Below, piece after piece: positions 59,505 through 64,000 of a DNA stretch of 64,000 bases (position 1 is its first letter; the number at the start of each line of letters is the position of its first letter). This DNA comes from the human T2T-CHM13v2.0 reference genome, Homo sapiens, in NCBI RefSeq assembly GCF_009914755.1, contig NC_060931.1, one strand, 5' to 3'. Position numbers and translations under genes: made by a program. The notes under the pieces were generated by a model. The model saw only the letters and a program-made list of their open reading frames with translations, ran no database searches and was not told the DNA's origin.

Positions 59505-59630
59505 TAGACTTTTTAAAAGAGCAGTTTTAGGTTCACAGCAAAATGGAGAGGAAGGTACAGAGATATCCCATATACTTTTGCTCCCACCCCATGCATGGCC
59601 TCTCCCATTACTAGCATTCCCCACTAGAGT
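59505..59630 (-). mobile_element. L1MC/MD-type 3' end fragment
   Basis: agagcagttttaggttcacagcaaaat...gtacagagatatcccatatac motif. Confidence 0.7.
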
Positions 59631-59944
59631 TCTTTTTTTTCCTCGCTAAAAAGTGCTTCATAGAATGCTGGAATGCTTTGGAAGCACTGGGATGAAATAT
59701 TTAGACAAATTCTGATGGAAATCAGAACCCACGACAGAAGCTGCAACACTGTTACTGCACCTGCATCTTTTATTAAATTTCTCCTTTGGGTGACTGATCT
59801 TAAAAAACACCAGAGGTTCTAGTCCAGGTTCTAACTATTTCTAGCTTAGAGCTTTCATCAAGTCAGTTTCTTTACCTGTGAAAAGATAATGATATATGCA
59901 CCAACTCCCTCACAAGCTTTAAGTGAGAATCATACATTTTAATT

Positions 59945-60188
59945 ATTTATTTTTAAAATTAATTATTATTATTTTTTTTAGAGATAGTGTCTGTTGCCCC
60001 GGCTGCAGTACAGTGGCACAAACATGGCTCACTGCAACGTCAATCTCCTGGCTTAAGAGATCCTCCCACCTCAGCTTCCTGAGTGGCTGGGACTACAGGC
60101 GTGCACCACTATGCTCAGTGAATTAAAAAAAGAATCCTCCCACCTTGGCCTCCCAAAGTTCTGGGATTATAGGTGTGAGCCACTGTGT
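59945..60188 (-). mobile_element. AluJ with internal left-arm deletion
   Basis: Antisense Alu with perfect 18-bp TSD gaatcatacattttaatt (59927-59944, 60189-60206). Confidence 0.88.
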
Positions 60189-61205
60189 GAATCATACATT
60201 TTAATTGAGCAATTCCAGTATAAATTCTAAGGTCCTACCCCAGCTTCCAAGACAAGGTGGTCTGAGAGTCATTGTCTCTCCAGCAGGAATAACCCAGTGC
60301 AGCCACATCTTAACTCATTAGTCTCTCTGGCAAATAATCTCTGGGAAGAGAAGGCTTAAACTATACACTAAAACAGAAACCTGAATTATTTGCATAAAGA
60401 ACTTAGATTTCATTTTACTTTGCTATCCTTGGAACTTGAGTGCACACATGCACTCAGATTATGATTTTTCTCTTGCAAGAGTAGGGACTTGCATCAGAAA
60501 AGTTCTTCAAAAGTTTTTCCAAAGAGCCATATGACTTTTCAGTAGAGATAGAAAACCTTTTGGCTAGCTTTAAGCTGAGTTTATTAAAAGCCATTCTGAT
60601 TCACTACAAACTGTGTGATCAACTAACTTGTTTTATACATAAAGGAAAGCCTTTCAATTTATAAAACCAAGATACATTTAAATGATTTTATCACACATTC
60701 AAGTCAAATGCAAAACTTTCTATCATGGTTAAGTAAAACAGACATTATCAAGGTAATCACAAGACATCAGATTCCTCAGAGAAGCTCGGGAGACCTCTGG
60801 GATTTGGTAAACCTTACTATCAGCTGAGTTTCCACAAATGGAAGGCAGAGACTCTGATGGATTTTCTAGGCTTACTTAAGATGAGGTTTAATGCTCTAGA
60901 CATGGATTCAATATAATAAAGATACTGCGTCTTCATTTCTATGGCTTGGTTTTAAAAGGAATGCAGAGATAACATACTTTCAAAAAAAAAAAAGGTAGTT
61001 GCTGAGTATCTACAACTACTCTGCCTGTCAATCTCTCCTCCCTTCAGCCCACACCTTCCTACTTTAGCCAATCAGTTCAGTGTTTTTACAGTATTTTTGA
61101 TGCAACTCACAGTAAGACATACATTTTAAATCATAACCAGTACACCCCTCCAGACACAAACATACGAAAGTTTCACAAAACATTACTAAACTTCACCATA
61201 TGTGA

Positions 61206-61528
<323 letters not shown>

Positions 61529-64000
61529 ACCATTGCGTTTTTTAAAAATGTTATGACAACCCATTAAATTGATGTTGTCACTGACTAATGAGTCCTAAAT
61601 GGTGACTTCAAAAAAATTCAAATCTTGCTGAATTACAAATCAATAATGTCATGTGTTAAGTCCACTCCCACACATGGCTCTTTATTGCTTACATGATAAG
61701 AGATTTAGGTAAAACATAGAAGATCATTTGCAATTTGGCTTCATCAATCAAATTATTCAAACTCATCTCTAGTTCTCTACATGCCCCCTACACTCCAGCA
61801 ACTCCTAACTTCTTCCCGTCCTCTGCACATACCTCATCTACACTCTATACCTTTGGTTCTGATTATCCTGTTTGCCTTTCTGTGTCCTGTTCCCTGTGCC
61901 AAGCACTGTTTTACACAGTCTCTCTTGCCTTTGGTTAGGTTCAGAGAAAATCAGGGGGTGAAAGGAGAGGGTGGTCCAGTATTTGTTCTCCTACTCCCTC
62001 CTAGCTAGGCATGGTTTTGGAAGCAGCTGCTATGCTCCACCTAGGGCCACAGCTCTGGGAGGGCGGTCGTCCCCCTTGCAAGGCTGCCACTCTCCAGGTT
62101 CTGTTCACAGCATCACCTCCCCTTCCCCTTCAGCCTTCTGCTGTTCCTAGGTCCCGGGTGCCTCAACATCTCTTACCCTGCCACACCCCTATAAATAGCC
62201 CCCATATTTAATTCTCTTCTATTCTTTGGGGGCCTAGAATGATATGCCTTTGTAACACATGCTACCCAGAACACCTCGTCCTCACCTGCTTTTCTGTGGT
62301 CATCCTCAAACCCATCATCCAAAGTCCACTATAAAAGTCACCTCCTCTACAAAACATTCCATGAAGCTACATGGTAGAATCTGCCTTAATAGTCAGGTAT
62401 ATTAAAAAGATAGATTACATTTTAAAGTGCTTTGTTCCCAACAGACTCAGCTTCTCCAAAAGCCAGCAACTTGTTTCTTTCCTGTCCCTAGCATTTAGCA
62501 CAAGGGCTGGTAAATAATCATGATCACTGAAAGAATAAATGAATGAAAGGTAAGAGGATTCTCAATTATTAAACGACATCACAACTGCATGCCAGTAGGT
62601 CGTATTTTCTAACAAGAGTGTCTACAGAGCTTTGTCTGAATTCCCATTCTGGGGTGATCTAGTCAATTTTCTCTACATGTAGCTGCTGGGATCCAGCTAG
62701 AGACAACTGCTGCTTACTGTGTGGTGAACCCAGTATCTCTGGTGGTAACTAGCGGGCTCCTCACAATCCCACATCACCTGGCAGGGTGTTTCTGCTTACG
62801 ATGCTAATGAGATTTTACTTGAAAGATGTAATTATTGCCGCAACCCAAGAAAATAATTAATGGCCAATTTTAGCGGGCAAAATATTCATTAATCAAGTCA
62901 ACAGACAAGAGACCTGCAGCGTTTAGGAAAAAGGTCCTTAGAGAGAAGGAAAAAAAGATAATCACCTAGAGATTTCTCCTTTTCATAAGTATAGGTTAAA
63001 TCTATTCAATTATAGTCTCTTGAAAGTTTACATTTCAGATTTAGTCCAATGACTTCTAATGAAGTCTAGGTTTAAACTTTTGAGTTTTAGAATGCATTGC
63101 ACAACTGTTATTTAATCATTATACTGCACAAAAAGGTAGTGATAAGGAGACATTAATCTCATATTTGGTTGGTTTAAAACACTTCACGCAAGGATTTCTG
63201 AACATGACAAACGTCAGCTTCTGTTTTCTTATATTACAAGTGAGGAGGAAGAAAGGTGTCATGATGAGAACACCATTGGGCTTGGTAAACATTTACGTCA
63301 TCTTTGACCCTTATAAACACACGGCTTTTTAACTGAGGGTGAGAGGACATTTTAAATTCTTCTAACACCTTGGTAATCAGAGCGCAGGGAAATATCTGCC
63401 CAAAAAACAACATAGTGACCCAGAGATCAAATCAAACCTACACCTACTATTAAAAGATACTTCAATCCCAAAGAGCATGGGCCCTCATAAAAAATGATAA
63501 ACAAACCCCTCCAGCCTCTTTCTCCAGCCCTTCTTCTCAATGCCCTTTTATAATATTCATGTCCTCAGATTTATGTCGACCATATATTGCCTAGATGTGT
63601 CTCCCCATTCCATTAAAAGGGACTTAAGGGATGGGAGATGGGTCACAGAAGGCAGCAAACAATAACTGACAGTTGAGTTTATTTTTTAAAACCAAAAAAA
63701 CTTCCATGTTTTCATTTAACTTTAAATGCTAACAACCATATTCCAGGCTCGACATGCCCGTAAAGCTGTTTCACAGTCCAGGGAAAAAATTTTTTTATTG
63801 TAAATAATGTTCACCATCCACATCTTAACAGTCTGGATGCTGAAGCATTTTTCATTTAGAGTAATGATCTCCAGGAGTAAAAATAATATAATTATAACTG
63901 AACTACTTGGTCAGCTAAATCACAACCAGAAATGCACTGGTATGTATTTCATTCACCGTGTCAAAAAATCTTCATTCTGAACCATCAACACAGCACTAAA

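Overview
Primate (human-like) genomic DNA lying inside the JAZF1 gene, which is on the minus strand. The only confident coding sequence is a 73-bp internal exon at 43646-43718 (DTDPRVLEKQELQQPTYVALSYINR), matching JAZF1 exon 2. Positions 1-43645 are therefore intron 2 and 43719-64000 are intron 1. The dominant structure is a three-layer retrotransposon nest on the + strand, antisense to JAZF1. A full-length L1PA5/6-like LINE-1 (33729-42181, with TSD) is interrupted inside ORF2 by a full-length SVA (SVA_B/C-like). The SVA carries a ~714-bp 3' transduction and a second poly(A) tail, all inside a single TSD. The L1 5'UTR has an antisense ATG and a retained ORF0-type splice donor whose phase matches JAZF1 exon 3, predicting a possible in-frame L1-JAZF1 chimeric protein. 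Intron 2 also holds several well-formed candidate cryptic exons: a poison exon, an in-frame 54-nt cassette and an alternative terminal exon. The rest is about 17 Alus (several structurally odd), an MST LTR, MER20, MIR/L2/L1M relics and microsatellites, including (GGAA)13. Gene identity and repeat subfamily calls come from recognition, not database searches.
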